Positions 17,786 to 29,060 are shown, numbered from the stretch's first letter. The stretch: DNA of 64,000 nucleotides from Candidatus Coprovivens sp. (GCA_051892935.1 JBJFGS010000010.1:19469-83468), one strand, 5' to 3'. Program-made: numbers and translations. Notes: generated by a model from the sequence alone, not told the origin.

Positions 17786-19896
17786 CTTTTTACCTCAACG
17801 CTTTCGTATACTTCGATTGTATCTCCAACTCTAATATCAGTATAGTTTTCTAAAGTTAGACCACATTCATAGCCTTTTTTGACTTCTCTAACTTGATCTT
17901 TTTCTCTTTGTAAAGTAGATATTTTAGTATCTGTGATTACAATTCCATCACGAATTAATCTTGCTTTAGCATCTTTTTTACAGATACCATCTGTTACATA
18001 GGAACCAGCTATGTTTCCTACTTTAGAGAATTTGAATATTTTCCTTATTTCAACTTGACCTATTGTTTTTTCTTCAAATTCAGGATCAAGCATTCCTTTC
18101 ATAGCTGCTTCCATGTCTTCAACTAGTTTGTAGATTATAGTATAAAGTCTAATATCTACGCCGTATTCTTTAGCTATTTCTTTTGTACTATTTGAAGGTG
18201 ATACACAGAATCCTAAGATTAAGGCATTAGAGGCTTGAGCTAGAACAACATCACTTTCTGTAATTGTACCAATACCGCTTCTAATAACTTTAACTTTAAC
18301 TCCATCTACATCTATTTTTTCTAAAGCATTTTTAACTGCTTCTTCTGATCCTTTAACATCTGCTTTTAGAACAACGTTAATTTCTTTTGTTTCTGAGTCT
18401 ATTGAAGCAAATAAATTATCTAAAGTTAATGTAGTTTTTTGGAATTTTTGTTCACGAGCTTGGATAGAACGTTTATCAGCAATGTCTTTTGCTTGGCTTT
18501 CTGTTTCAAATGCCATGAATTTGTCTCCAGCTGAAGGTGTTTGTGATAAACCTGTTATTTCAACTGGTGTAGAAGGACCTGCTTCGACAATTGAATTGCC
18601 CAAGTCATCTTTCATAGTTCTTACTTTTCCATAAGATGTTCCAACAACAATAGGATCTCCAATACGTAGTGTACCATTTTGAATAAGTAGTGAAGCTACG
18701 CCTCCAATATTTTTATCCATTTTTGATTCTATTACAGTTCCTAAAGCATAACGAGATGGGTTAGCTTTTAAATCTTGCATTTCAGCAATTGCTAGAAGTG
18801 TTTCTAGTAGTAAGTCTATTCCTTGACCAGATTTTGCTGAAATATCCACAAATGGAATATTTCCTCCCCATTCTTCTGGAGTGATGTTTCTTTCTGCCAT
18901 TTCGGTTCTAATTTTATCTGGATGAGCGTCTGGTTTATCTATTTTATTTACCGCAACAACTATCGGAACATTAGCTGCTAAAGCATGATCTATTGCTTCT
19001 TCTGTTTGAGGCATTACGCCGTCGTCAGCTGCTACTATAATAATTACGATGTCTGTTATACTAGCTCCACGAGCACGCATTTCTGTAAAGGCAGCATGTC
19101 CTGGGGTATCAATAAAGGATAGTTTGTGTCCTTTATGTTCTACTTGGTATGCACCAATAGCTTGAGTGATTCCGCCATATTCAGAATCAACTATTTTACT
19201 TTTTCTAATTGTATCAAGAAGTGTTGTTTTACCATGATCAACGTGTCCCATTATAGTAATTACTGGTGGACGTTGTACTAAGTCTTCTTCTCTATCGTTA
19301 GCAACGAATTCTTCAAAGTTTGAAACGTCTTGTGTTTCTTCTTTCTTAAGATTTTTATTGTAATCTAATACGATAACACTAGCTGTTTCATAATCAATAA
19401 CGTTACTTAGGCTTAACATTAAACCTAGGCCCATAACTTTTTTGATTATTTCAGTTCCGCTTACTCCTAGAGCATCGGCAAGTGCTTGAACAGACATTCC
19501 TTCTTTGTATAATATAACGTTATCTTCGGTTGCATTTGTCATTAGTTTTTCTTTATGTTTATACATGTCTTTTCTTTTTGACATATATTCATCTTTTGAA
19601 CTTTGTAATTGACTTTTCTTTTTTAACTTTTGTTTTTTATTATCTGGAGTAAATGTCTTATCTAAGTTATTTGCTTCAACTAAGTCTTCAACAACTTCAT
19701 CCATTGCATCTTCATCTTCATAATCAGTTTCTTCTGCTGTACTTATTAAATTAATTGTATTATCTAGAATAATGATATCATCTTCTGTTAAGTCATCATC
19801 ACCACTTTGTACCTTTATTCCTAATTCATTACATTTTTTTAGAATTTCGGCAATGGAATGGTTTGTATCGTTTGCGTATTCTTTTACTGTCATCAT
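17782..19896 (-). CDS. infB: Translation initiation factor IF-2
   Basis: [42 protein letters not shown]. Confidence 0.99.
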   Translation of the reverse strand: MMTVKEYANDTNHSIAEILKKCNELGIKVQSGDDDLTEDDIIILDNTINLISTAEETDYEDEDAMDEVVEDLVEANNLDKTFTPDNKKQKLKKKSQLQSSKDEYMSKRKDMYKHKEKLMTNATEDNVILYKEGMSVQALADALGVSGTEIIKKVMGLGLMLSLSNVIDYETASVIVLDYNKNLKKEETQDVSNFEEFVANDREEDLVQRPPVITIMGHVDHGKTTLLDTIRKSKIVDSEYGGITQAIGAYQVEHKGHKLSFIDTPGHAAFTEMRARGASITDIVIIIVAADDGVMPQTEEAIDHALAANVPIVVAVNKIDKPDAHPDKIRTEMAERNITPEEWGGNIPFVDISAKSGQGIDLLLETLLAIAEMQDLKANPSRYALGTVIESKMDKNIGGVASLLIQNGTLRIGDPIVVGTSYGKVRTMKDDLGNSIVEAGPSTPVEITGLSQTPSAGDKFMAFETESQAKDIADKRSIQAREQKFQKTTLTLDNLFASIDSETKEINVVLKADVKGSEEAVKNALEKIDVDGVKVKVIRSGIGTITESDVVLAQASNALILGFCVSPSNSTKEIAKEYGVDIRLYTIIYKLVEDMEAAMKGMLDPEFEEKTIGQVEIRKIFKFSKVGNIAGSYVTDGICKKDAKARLIRDGIVITDTKISTLQREKDQVREVKKGYECGLTLENYTDIRVGDTIEVYESVEVKR

Positions 19897-19927
19897 ATTA
19901 CCTCACCTCTCACTTTCTTTATTTTTA

Positions 19928-20182
19928 TTAATCAACTAATTTTAACATTTCTTCGTATATTGTATCTGGTATTTCTACTTCTAGAACTCTTTCAAGAGTC
20001 TTTGTCTTTTGAGCTTTTTTTATTACTTCAGCATTTTTTTTTAAATATGCACCTCGACCATTAGCTTTACCGGTTAAATCAACTGATACGTTACCTTCTT
20101 TATCGCGAACTACACGAAGTAAATCTTTTTTTAGTGTTTTTTCTTTTGTTATAACGCATGTTCTTTCAGGCATTTTTTTCAT
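19928..20182 (-). CDS. ylxR: YlxR/RnpM family RNA-binding protein
   Basis: PERTCV...KDLLRVVR...GKANGRGAYL; between nusA and infB. Confidence 0.95.
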   Translation of the reverse strand: MKKMPERTCVITKEKTLKKDLLRVVRDKEGNVSVDLTGKANGRGAYLKKNAEVIKKAQKTKTLERVLEVEIPDTIYEEMLKLVD

Positions 20183-20197
20183 TTAAATACCTTCTTT

Positions 20198-21349
20198 CTA
20201 GTTATTTCCTTCGGCATTAACTTGGTCTAGAGTTTTAACTTCTATTTTATATTTTGTTAATTTAGATGCAAGTTTAATATTTGTACCTTTTTTACCAATT
20301 GCTAATGATAAGTTTTCATCATTAACTATAGCTAATGCTTCTTTCTTCATTGGATCTGTTATAGTTACAATTGCATCTTTAGCTGGACTAAGAGCATTTT
20401 TGATATATTCTTCAGGATTTGAACTATATAAGACAATATCAACTTTTTCTCCATTTAATTCTTTCAATATAGATCCTATACGTGAACCTCTTTCACCAAT
20501 ACATGCTCCGATTGCATCGATTTTTTCTTCAGTTGATTCAACAGCAACTTTACTTCTAATTCCAGCTTCACGAGCAACAGCATGTAGAATTATAGTTCCA
20601 TCTGCTAATTCTGGAATTTCTGATTCAAATAATCTTTTTACAAAACCATAGTGTTTTCTTGAAAGAAGAATAAGAGGTCCTTTAGTATTAGCTTCAACTT
20701 TTGTAACGTATACTCTGATATTAGAACCCATTTTTACTTCTTCACCTGGAATCATTTCTGATTTAGGAAGAATACCTCTAGTACGACCTAGTTCTACATA
20801 GTAGTTTCTTGAGTCTTCCATTGCTAGTGTTCCAACTAGCATTTCATCTTGTTTATCAGAAAATTCATCTATAATAGAGTTTTTCTCAGCTTCTCTTATT
20901 TTTTGCATGATTACTTGTTTAGCAGTTCCTGCTGCTACACGACCAAAATCTTTTGGTGTAACTTCTTTTTCGATTCTTTCTCCTACTTCGATAGTTGGAT
21001 CTAATTCGCGAGCTTCTTCTAATAGTATTTGAGCATCGATATTTATTTCTGGTGGTACATCTATTTCATTTCCTTCTTCATCAATAATAGTATCGCCTTC
21101 ATCTATTTCATCAACTACGATATAATATGACATTACTTTTATTTCACCAGTTGTTCTATTAATGTCTACTCTAACATTTGTTTTAGAACCAAAATTTTTC
21201 TTATATGCTGTTGCTAGAGCAAGTTCCATAGCTTCAAAAACTACATCTTCTGATATTTCTTTTTCAGCTACAATACTTTTAACAGCTTTGATGAATGCAA
21301 CTGGATCCATTTGGCCAGTTTCTTCAACAGTATTTTTCTTTCTTGCCAT
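20198..21349 (-). CDS. nusA: Transcription termination factor NusA
   Basis: FGRVAAGTAKQVIMQKIREAE, AREAGIRSKVAV, IGACIGERGSR, LSLAIGKKG. Confidence 0.98.
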   Translation of the reverse strand: MARKKNTVEETGQMDPVAFIKAVKSIVAEKEISEDVVFEAMELALATAYKKNFGSKTNVRVDINRTTGEIKVMSYYIVVDEIDEGDTIIDEEGNEIDVPPEINIDAQILLEEARELDPTIEVGERIEKEVTPKDFGRVAAGTAKQVIMQKIREAEKNSIIDEFSDKQDEMLVGTLAMEDSRNYYVELGRTRGILPKSEMIPGEEVKMGSNIRVYVTKVEANTKGPLILLSRKHYGFVKRLFESEIPELADGTIILHAVAREAGIRSKVAVESTEEKIDAIGACIGERGSRIGSILKELNGEKVDIVLYSSNPEEYIKNALSPAKDAIVTITDPMKKEALAIVNDENLSLAIGKKGTNIKLASKLTKYKIEVKTLDQVNAEGNN

Positions 21350-21350
21350 T

Positions 21351-21608
21351 TTATTCCTCTCCTTTTTCCTTACTTACTATATCTAAGATGTATGAATCAT
21401 CTATTAAATCTAATTCATCAATTATTGGGTTTATTACTTCAGTTGCTGCTACGATAGTATCTAAATCAATACCATTAACTTTGTCTAACTCAATTCTCAA
21501 GAAATTATAATTACCTTCTGTTTCATATTTTACTGAATCAACAATAATGTCCATTTTTTTCATTGGATCAGTAATTGCATCTCTTATAGCTTCTAATATT
21601 TTGTTCAT
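21351..21608 (-). CDS. rimP: Ribosome maturation factor RimP, N-terminal domain only (85 aa)
   Basis: First gene of the nusA operon; FLRIELDKVNGIDLD...IDDSYILDIVS. Confidence 0.85.
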   Translation of the reverse strand: MNKILEAIRDAITDPMKKMDIIVDSVKYETEGNYNFLRIELDKVNGIDLDTIVAATEVINPIIDELDLIDDSYILDIVSKEKGEE

Positions 21609-21629
21609 GATTCACCTCTTTAAATAATA

Positions 21630-21700
21630 ATAAAAGTGGGATATTACGCCCACTTAAATCTGATACCTAGATTATATCATAAATTTTAAAATATGCAACT
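21630..21700 (-). promoter_or_regulatory. sigmaA promoter and rimP(ylxS)-leader hairpin
   Basis: TTGCAT...TGaTATAAT, then AAGTGGG-cgtaatat-CCCACTTTT before the SD. Confidence 0.65.
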
Positions 21701-21726
21701 TATTACGCATAAATATGCTGTTTTTT

Positions 21727-24700
21727 TTATATTTTTTTCATTCTAGGTTTATATTTTTTTATTAATACTACTGATGTAGATGTTAGTATAAATAAGCCAC
21801 TTATGGTAAATATTGCTATTATTGATGATGTGTCTGGGTTTTCTAGAGATATTTCTATAAAAGAAACTTCAACTATGGTATCCTCTGTTACATGTTTTAA
21901 TGGTTCTATTACCATTTGTTTTTTATCTGTTACTTTGTAATTTATGTTATTGATTTTTATTGTATCTATTATGTATCCATCTTCAGCAGATATTTTAATT
22001 GTGTTTGGTGTTGAATCATCACCATAGTAAAGTGTTTCATCTCCAATAATTGTACCTCCACCATTACTTACTACTTTAGTAGTTATATTTAAAGTTATTC
22101 TCTTATATTCGTATATAATTTCTTGTGTTTCTTCTGTATATGTGTAATTTTTATTTGTTGGTTCTTTAACAGCAATATATCCATTTTTATTTAAACTTGA
22201 ACTTATATACTTATCACCAACTAGACCATTAGATATTGTGTCATTATTAATTTTTTCTGTTGTATTTTCTAAATAGTGATGAACTATTATTTGTCCTGCT
22301 ATTTTAATGTAAGTTACTTTTTGAGCTGTAGCAGTTCTTTCTTTATTATCGAGTTTTATTGTACTAGTTACTTCTGTAGCCATTGTCCTTGAAAGTGGAT
22401 TTATATCTTCATAAACAATTTTTAAATTTTTTTCCTCACTAATTGTTTGAGTCGTTAAATCAGCATCAAGATTTGCTTTATTACTTATCCAAGTAATTGT
22501 TTTTTGGTCTTGGTTATAAATTCCTCCATCAAGTGATGATTTCGATTCATCTATAGAATACGGAAGACTCATTATTATTGTACTTGTAACGCTTGAAGAA
22601 TAATAAGTTATTTTATTTTCGTAGTTTATTTTATAATTTACTTCTTCATCTTTTTTCTTTATTTCTTCTGGTCCATTTAAAGATATTGTTGTTTGAATTT
22701 GGCTATCTTTCTTTTGGTAATAATAAATTACTTCAATATTACTGTCATTTACTATTCCTATATAATTATCTGTTTTTTGGTATAATTCATAATTATCAGG
22801 AATTTTTATTGATTCAGATGTTTCATAGTTTTCGCCAAAATTCTTTTGGATAGTTTCTTGTGGTGCTATAACGTTATTTGTATTGTACTCAAGATATTTT
22901 GTGATTATTGTAGAGGTTTTTAGTTTGTAATAATATGTTACTACAACATTTCCCTTTATTGTTCCTGAACTATTTGAAGGAATTATTGATACTTCATAGT
23001 TAGAAGAAATATTAGTTGATGGAGAGGTTTTATATTCTTCACCCCAATAAACTAATTTGTTTTCAGTGGCTGCTATTTCTGTTGTTGCTCCTTCAATATA
23101 ATGTTGAATTGTTAGAGTAGCACTTTTTAATTTGTAGTAATAAATTACTACTGTTGAACCTTGGATTGTACCTGTTGCATTTGTAGGTGTACTTACTAGT
23201 TCATAGTTTTCACTTATATCAGTAGATGGAGAGGTTTTATATGTATCTCCCCAATGGACTATTGTTATTTCTGATGGAGATAGTTCTGTAGTAGTCCCCT
23301 CGATATAGTGATGTACTATCAATGATGTTTCTTTTAAATTATAATAATAATTTACTATGGTATCACCTTTTATTGTTCCACTAGCATTTGCGGGAGTTTT
23401 TGATAGTTCATAATTTATAGATATATCTGTTGCTGGTGATGTTGTATATACATCTCCCCAATGAACATTTTTTATAATTGTTTCAGACAATTCAACTTTT
23501 GTATTTTCTACATAGTGATGAATTGTTAAGGTAGCACTTTTTAATTTATAGTAATATGTTACTACTATATCTCCTTTTATTGTTCCTGTTGCATTACTTG
23601 GAGTGCTTACTAGTTCGTAGTTTTCATTTATATCTTTTGCAACTTCAGTTGTATATGCATCGCCCCAATGAACATTTTCTGTTGTAGTTTTTGATAACTC
23701 TGTAGTTGTTCCTTCGATATAGTGATGAACTGTTAAGGTAGCACTTTTTAGTTTATAGTAATATGTTACTACTATATCTCCTTTTATTGTTCCACTGGCA
23801 TTTGTTGGTGTTCCCACTAGTTCGTAGTTTTCATTTATATCTTTTGCAACTTCAGTTGTATATGTATCTCCCCAATGAACATTTTCTGTTGTAGTTTTTG
23901 ATAATTCTGTAGTTGTTCCTTCTATATAGTGATGTACTGTTAAAGTAGCACTCTTTAGTTTGTAATAATATGTTACTACTGTGTCTCCTTTTATTGTTCC
24001 TGTTGCATTACTTGGAGTGCTTACTAGTTCGTAGTTTTCATTTATATCTTTTGCAACTTCAGTTGTATATGCATCGCCCCAATGAACATTTTCTGTTGTA
24101 GTTTTTGATAACTCTGTAGTTGTTCCTTCGATATAGTGATGAACTGTTAAGGTAGCACTTTTTAGTTTATAGTAATATGTTACTACTATATCTCCTTTTA
24201 TTGTTCCTGTTGCATTACTTGGAGTGCTTACTAGTTCGTAGTTTTCATTTATATCTGATGCAACTTCAGTTGTATATGTATCTCCCCAATGAACGTTTTC
24301 TGTTGTAGTTTCTGATAATTCTGTAGTAGTCCCCTCGATATAGTGATTAGTTGTTAATATTGCATCTTTTAATTTAATAACAGCATTAATATCACTTACT
24401 ATTTCTTCTTCAGTAGTAGGAGAATTATTATGTTCTGTTATTAAAGATGTTTTTCCAGTTGTATCAGCTTTATTACTTCCTGTTAAAGATATTTCATAAT
24501 CTTCTGGTATTTCAAATTTAATATAATAATTTCCCTTACTTATTTTTTCAAATTTATAACTATTATTATTTGTTGTTGTAGTATCAACTAATTGATCATT
24601 TTCATCATATAAATTAACTGTTATAGTTGAGGGCATTCTGGTATTTTCATCAAAAGGAATAATACTTCCTTCAATAATACGATTTACAATAGTTGTTGAT

Positions 24701-27700
24701 AAACTACTATTTTTTAGTATAGTTGTAGTACTATTACTAGTTAGATATGAATTATAAGCAATAATGTCTTTAATTTCAGTATTTGAAGTATCTAATGTAT
24801 ATGAGTACTCAGTACTAGTATATGAATTTATAGATTCTATTTGTATTATAAGTATTGTTGCATTATTAGGAATGTTATTAGTGTCTAATATTTCAGTCCA
24901 ATTTCCATCAGTTAGGTCAATATCTTGAGCTGAGTATTTATTGTCTTTTATAGTTAAGTTTAAATCATTAAGAGATTTTGTTGTATAGTATACCTTTTGA
25001 TTAGTATTTAAACTAATATTTTTTATTATATAGTTTCCTTTTATTTGACTATTTAATATATTATCTTTAGGTAATATTTCAAGGATTCTTACCTTGTTTA
25101 ATACAGAACTACTACTATTTCCTATTGTAGTAGTTATAGTTACATCTTCACCAATGTCTATTACTTTTTTATCGACAATTTTAGATAGTTGACTTCCTGA
25201 TAAATTTATTACTTTTATAGTAGATGTTGAACTACGATATGAATATTCATCTCGTAAATCACCATCTGTAAATATGACTGCTTTAGTTGTATATAATTGA
25301 TTATTAATAGTATCAGATGATATTTCAGCATTAAATGTTATTTTCTCATAATCCGGTGGAGAGCTATTAGTTGTCCAATCTTGATATAACCAAGTAACTA
25401 TTGTTGTTCCATCTTCATTTATAGTTATGCTTTCAGGTTCTTTATTTGAACTATTTTCGACATATGATAATCCTTTAGGTAAAGTTACATGTACAAATAC
25501 TTCATCTACTATGTGGTTATTAGTGCTTTCCATTGTAGGAGTTACTTCATAGTTTACAATACTATCTTGAATATCATATGTTGTTTTTTCTTCATTATTT
25601 TCAATACTTTTTATTGAAATGCTACTTTGTTCTCCAGTTATTAAAATTGTTTTACCTATACCCCAATCATTTTCGTTACTTGTAATTTGTCCTAGCTCGT
25701 TGTATTTTGTTGGAATATAGTTCGACGTTCTAAAGTTATTTTTTTTAGTCCTTTCAGCATCTTCATAAGCATATACTTTAACTCTAAATGAGGCGGTTTT
25801 ACCTATGTTTTCTTCTTTATCTAAAATTTTAAAATAATTATAGTATTTTCTATTTGCATCATTTCCTACCATATCAGGATCATCGTAGAAAACAGCTGTT
25901 ACTGTACCATTGGCAGATGCTTCATCGTATGTATCATACCATGTGAAGCTAGAGTAATATGAACTATTTAATTCTTGATATGATGTTAGACCACTAGTTG
26001 GATTAGCTGTATATATACCATAAGATACTGTTATATTTTCTTTTGAAGGTAATTCTCCATTACCATAGGTATATACTGAATACCATGTTGTTCCAATTGA
26101 TCTAATACCAATTTTATCTGCTTCCCATACTAGTAATACAGTTTGTCCACCTTCAAAATCGCCATCAATTAAACCATGTATGTTTGCTATATTAAAATAT
26201 TGACCAATTTCTCTTGATGCATCTCCGTAATTGTTATCCTTTGTACCTAAGATATTCCATTTTGTATCATAAGCCCATAACCCATAAGAATAGTTTCCAC
26301 TTAAATAATTTTCAAATGATAAATTGTAATAATTATCTGATGAATCTGTATCATTTATTGAATTTTCACCACTATCGATACTATAATTAGTTCCATCAAG
26401 AACTTGGTAACTTGCACTTTCAGCAGTTATATATAAATGATAATCATTTCTTTGAGTTTGATCGCCATAAAACGGAATGAATAATTCTACATTTCCAGCT
26501 AAAAAATAATAGTTATCAGGATTGAATGAATCAGTACTTGCATCATTTGATGGTGTTGAAGGAAAAGTATTCCCAACTTTAAAATTATTGAAAGTTACAT
26601 TTAAAATATTATTATTTAGTGAAGCAGTTATGGTACCTGAATCTACTACACTGTTTTTTTCTGTTCCTAAGTCTAGTCTTCCATATGGAAGTCTATGGAC
26701 TGTTGCGGTATCTTTGATGTTAGGATAATGGTTTTCATTTAACTCACCATTGATGCTATAAGCTTGAATCATAGTTCCGTTTAATATATCAATAGCATCT
26801 TCTGTTTCGGCAGTAATAGTCCCGCTTGTTCCATTTTCTATATTATATCTATATTCTATTCCTAAGTTTACACTAAATGTTTCTGATGGATATTCTACTC
26901 CTCGTAAATCGGGCATTCCATCTAATTTAGTAAGAGCTACTCCTATTGGAACGTTTTTATAACGTCCTTGAACATCTTGACCATTTATTGTCTTTGTACT
27001 CTTTTTTAATGTCCCATATTCAGGTTGTAAAACAATATTGTAAGATGGTGTACCACTTATTATAAATGGATTTTGGGAATCTTTTATTTTCATACTATCA
27101 ATTGATGATGATGTATTATCTGGTGAATTTCCTTCCATCCATACTTCAAATTCTGGTAACATCGTTTGATCTACTGCTACTTTATGCCCTCCAACTAATA
27201 CTGTAAATGATAATTCTTGAGTGGCATTTGTAATGTCAATTGTTGAAGGGGCATAGTATTCGGCTGTTATAATGGTTTTGTCTTCATTGTATTCTATATT
27301 ATTCATCCAGGCATCTTCTACCCAAGTCAAGTTAATAAGATTTCCTTGATTTGGTAGTGTAGCTTTAACTTTAATTACTCCACCTGTTAAACCATTAGTT
27401 TCTTCTACTTTATTATCAGTATTATTTGGTGATATTGCAACTTCTAATTTATATTTTACTTTATCAGATGTTCTAACATAATCATCTGAAGCTGAAATAT
27501 CATTTCCATTTGTATCTGATGCTGGTGATTCATTAAATGGAACTGTTCCCGTTTCTCTTTGAACAATTTTGATTTCAGATATCATCATTTTGTTATATAA
27601 TTCTTGACGATCACTACTTAGTTTTAAGTAATTGATGGTATTTTCAAATATATTGTTTATTTTTTCTTTATTAAGTATTACTATTGAACTAGTAAAAATT

Positions 27701-27753
27701 ATTAACCCTATTAATATAATTATTTTTTTATTCATCTTTTTCACTAACATCAC
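21727..27753 (-). CDS. 2008-aa sortase-anchored adhesin with Ig/CnaB-like domains and 8 tandem + 1 separate MucBP-like repeats
   Basis: N-terminal TM/signal; 69-aa repeats (VHHYIEGTTTELS...VVTYYYK); C-terminal ENPDTSS + TM + KKYKPRMKKI. Confidence 0.9.
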   Translation of the reverse strand: MMLVKKMNKKIIILIGLIIFTSSIVILNKEKINNIFENTINYLKLSSDRQELYNKMMISEIKIVQRETGTVPFNESPASDTNGNDISASDDYVRTSDKVKYKLEVAISPNNTDNKVEETNGLTGGVIKVKATLPNQGNLINLTWVEDAWMNNIEYNEDKTIITAEYYAPSTIDITNATQELSFTVLVGGHKVAVDQTMLPEFEVWMEGNSPDNTSSSIDSMKIKDSQNPFIISGTPSYNIVLQPEYGTLKKSTKTINGQDVQGRYKNVPIGVALTKLDGMPDLRGVEYPSETFSVNLGIEYRYNIENGTSGTITAETEDAIDILNGTMIQAYSINGELNENHYPNIKDTATVHRLPYGRLDLGTEKNSVVDSGTITASLNNNILNVTFNNFKVGNTFPSTPSNDASTDSFNPDNYYFLAGNVELFIPFYGDQTQRNDYHLYITAESASYQVLDGTNYSIDSGENSINDTDSSDNYYNLSFENYLSGNYSYGLWAYDTKWNILGTKDNNYGDASREIGQYFNIANIHGLIDGDFEGGQTVLLVWEADKIGIRSIGTTWYSVYTYGNGELPSKENITVSYGIYTANPTSGLTSYQELNSSYYSSFTWYDTYDEASANGTVTAVFYDDPDMVGNDANRKYYNYFKILDKEENIGKTASFRVKVYAYEDAERTKKNNFRTSNYIPTKYNELGQITSNENDWGIGKTILITGEQSSISIKSIENNEEKTTYDIQDSIVNYEVTPTMESTNNHIVDEVFVHVTLPKGLSYVENSSNKEPESITINEDGTTIVTWLYQDWTTNSSPPDYEKITFNAEISSDTINNQLYTTKAVIFTDGDLRDEYSYRSSTSTIKVINLSGSQLSKIVDKKVIDIGEDVTITTTIGNSSSSVLNKVRILEILPKDNILNSQIKGNYIIKNISLNTNQKVYYTTKSLNDLNLTIKDNKYSAQDIDLTDGNWTEILDTNNIPNNATILIIQIESINSYTSTEYSYTLDTSNTEIKDIIAYNSYLTSNSTTTILKNSSLSTTIVNRIIEGSIIPFDENTRMPSTITVNLYDENDQLVDTTTTNNNSYKFEKISKGNYYIKFEIPEDYEISLTGSNKADTTGKTSLITEHNNSPTTEEEIVSDINAVIKLKDAILTTNHYIEGTTTELSETTTENVHWGDTYTTEVASDINENYELVSTPSNATGTIKGDIVVTYYYKLKSATLTVHHYIEGTTTELSKTTTENVHWGDAYTTEVAKDINENYELVSTPSNATGTIKGDTVVTYYYKLKSATLTVHHYIEGTTTELSKTTTENVHWGDTYTTEVAKDINENYELVGTPTNASGTIKGDIVVTYYYKLKSATLTVHHYIEGTTTELSKTTTENVHWGDAYTTEVAKDINENYELVSTPSNATGTIKGDIVVTYYYKLKSATLTIHHYVENTKVELSETIIKNVHWGDVYTTSPATDISINYELSKTPANASGTIKGDTIVNYYYNLKETSLIVHHYIEGTTTELSPSEITIVHWGDTYKTSPSTDISENYELVSTPTNATGTIQGSTVVIYYYKLKSATLTIQHYIEGATTEIAATENKLVYWGEEYKTSPSTNISSNYEVSIIPSNSSGTIKGNVVVTYYYKLKTSTIITKYLEYNTNNVIAPQETIQKNFGENYETSESIKIPDNYELYQKTDNYIGIVNDSNIEVIYYYQKKDSQIQTTISLNGPEEIKKKDEEVNYKINYENKITYYSSSVTSTIIMSLPYSIDESKSSLDGGIYNQDQKTITWISNKANLDADLTTQTISEEKNLKIVYEDINPLSRTMATEVTSTIKLDNKERTATAQKVTYIKIAGQIIVHHYLENTTEKINNDTISNGLVGDKYISSSLNKNGYIAVKEPTNKNYTYTEETQEIIYEYKRITLNITTKVVSNGGGTIIGDETLYYGDDSTPNTIKISAEDGYIIDTIKINNINYKVTDKKQMVIEPLKHVTEDTIVEVSFIEISLENPDTSSIIAIFTISGLFILTSTSVVLIKKYKPRMKKI
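22715..24372 (-). repeat. Tandem 207-bp MucBP-like repeat array (8 units)
   Basis: Equivalent HY codons at 24341, 24134, 23927, 23720, 23513, 23306, 23099; 8th unit divergent. Confidence 0.92.
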
Positions 27754-27767
27754 TTCTATTCTTTTTT

Positions 27768-27796
27768 ATTATATCATCTGAATATACCTATTTCAA
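27768..27796 (-). promoter_or_regulatory. sigmaA promoter of the adhesin gene
   Basis: TTGAAA-17-TATAAT with an extended TG. Confidence 0.7.
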
Positions 27797-27821
27797 TAAA
27801 GCAGTAATTGATGTAGAAACA

Positions 27822-27892
27822 ATAAAAATGTAGTTTCGTAACTACATTTTCTATACATACTAACACTACCCTATTTTAAGTTATTTTAATAT
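27822..27892 (-). ncRNA. Candidate ~70-nt small RNA
   Basis: Promoter TTGATG-17-TATAAT (27927-27899), then terminator AAAATGTAGTT-acga-AACTACATTTTTATT; no complete ORF between them. Confidence 0.4.
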
Positions 27893-28007
27893 AGCAATAT
27901 TATACTATATTAAAAAATAATCATCAAAGTAATTTTTAAATGATTCTTTTATTGAGAATATGTTTATTTTGTAGTAATATTAAATGTAGAGGATAAGGAA
28001 GATATAA

Positions 28008-29039
28008 ATGAATAAACAATATATTACGATAATCTTATTATTATTTATTTGTGCTATTCTTAGTTTTTCGTTAATATCTAAAGATAGTAGTTCTGTTTCG
28101 CTTGAATGTGATGGAGATAGAGCTGCTAATTATGTCGTAACTGATTTTGACGAATTAAACTATAAGGATTTTTTTGATGTTTCTGATTTTGGAGAAAATA
28201 GTTTAAGTAATATAGATATAGCTTCTAAATCATATACTAATAATTCAATTACTGTTTTAGATAGTAGTTTCAAAATAAGTGATGAATTAGTAAATAATAT
28301 AAATAATACTATAAATAGTTATGGAGCTAGTAGTTCTTTTTATATAGTTAGTTTAGATGATGGTATGAGTATTGGTTATAATATAGATAAAAAGTTTGAG
28401 ACAGCAAGCTCGATAAAAGCTCCTTACGCTTTATATATCTATAAGGAAATAGATGCTGGCAATATTGATCCTAATCAACAAATTATTTATCAAGAAAAAT
28501 ATTATAATAAAGGTACTGGTGTGATTAAAAAATCAGATTTTGGTACTTCTTATACGGTAAGAGATTTAGTTTATTATTCTTTATTTGAATCTGATAATAT
28601 TGCTCATACTATGTTACATAGAACTTTTGGTGTAAAAGGATATAATAATATGTTAAAAAATCTGGGGACTAAACAACTTTATTTAACTGCTGGTAATCCT
28701 TGGGGATATACTTCAGCCCGTAGTGCTGCTTTAGTTTGGCAAGAAATCTATAATTTTTCAATTACTAGTGATGAGGGAATTACTTTTTTAAATATTTTAT
28801 CTAATGGCAAATATAATTATTTTAAAGAAGTAATGCCTTCTATCCCTAGCGCTAGTAAAACAGGATTTGCTAGTAAGGATGTTGTTGAAACCGGTATTGT
28901 TTTTGGAGAACATCCTTATATTGCCATAGCTATTGCCAATAAGGGTGGAAATATAGGAGCTTATACACAAGTACTAAAATTGGTTAGTCATATGAATGAT
29001 ATTATGAATGAATATGATAATTATTTGAAAGCAAAATAA
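28008..29039 (+). CDS. Class A beta-lactamase-like serine hydrolase (PBP-like, no Glu166)
   Basis: ASSIK, SDN and KTG motifs; N-terminal anchor; short omega loop. Confidence 0.8.
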   Translation: MNKQYITIILLLFICAILSFSLISKDSSSVSLECDGDRAANYVVTDFDELNYKDFFDVSDFGENSLSNIDIASKSYTNNSITVLDSSFKISDELVNNINNTINSYGASSSFYIVSLDDGMSIGYNIDKKFETASSIKAPYALYIYKEIDAGNIDPNQQIIYQEKYYNKGTGVIKKSDFGTSYTVRDLVYYSLFESDNIAHTMLHRTFGVKGYNNMLKNLGTKQLYLTAGNPWGYTSARSAALVWQEIYNFSITSDEGITFLNILSNGKYNYFKEVMPSIPSASKTGFASKDVVETGIVFGEHPYIAIAIANKGGNIGAYTQVLKLVSHMNDIMNEYDNYLKAK

Positions 29040-29060
29040 AGACTTCATTTTATGAAGTCT

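Noticed and set aside
22715-24372. 207-bp repeats as a CRISPR array or a DGR template/variable pair
   Set aside because: In-frame coding repeats without spacers; differences are not adenine-specific and there is no reverse transcriptase.
28008-29039. Class A beta-lactamase as a resistance gene
   Set aside because: SxxK/SDN/KTG are present but the omega loop is short with no Glu166; more likely a PBP-like hydrolase.
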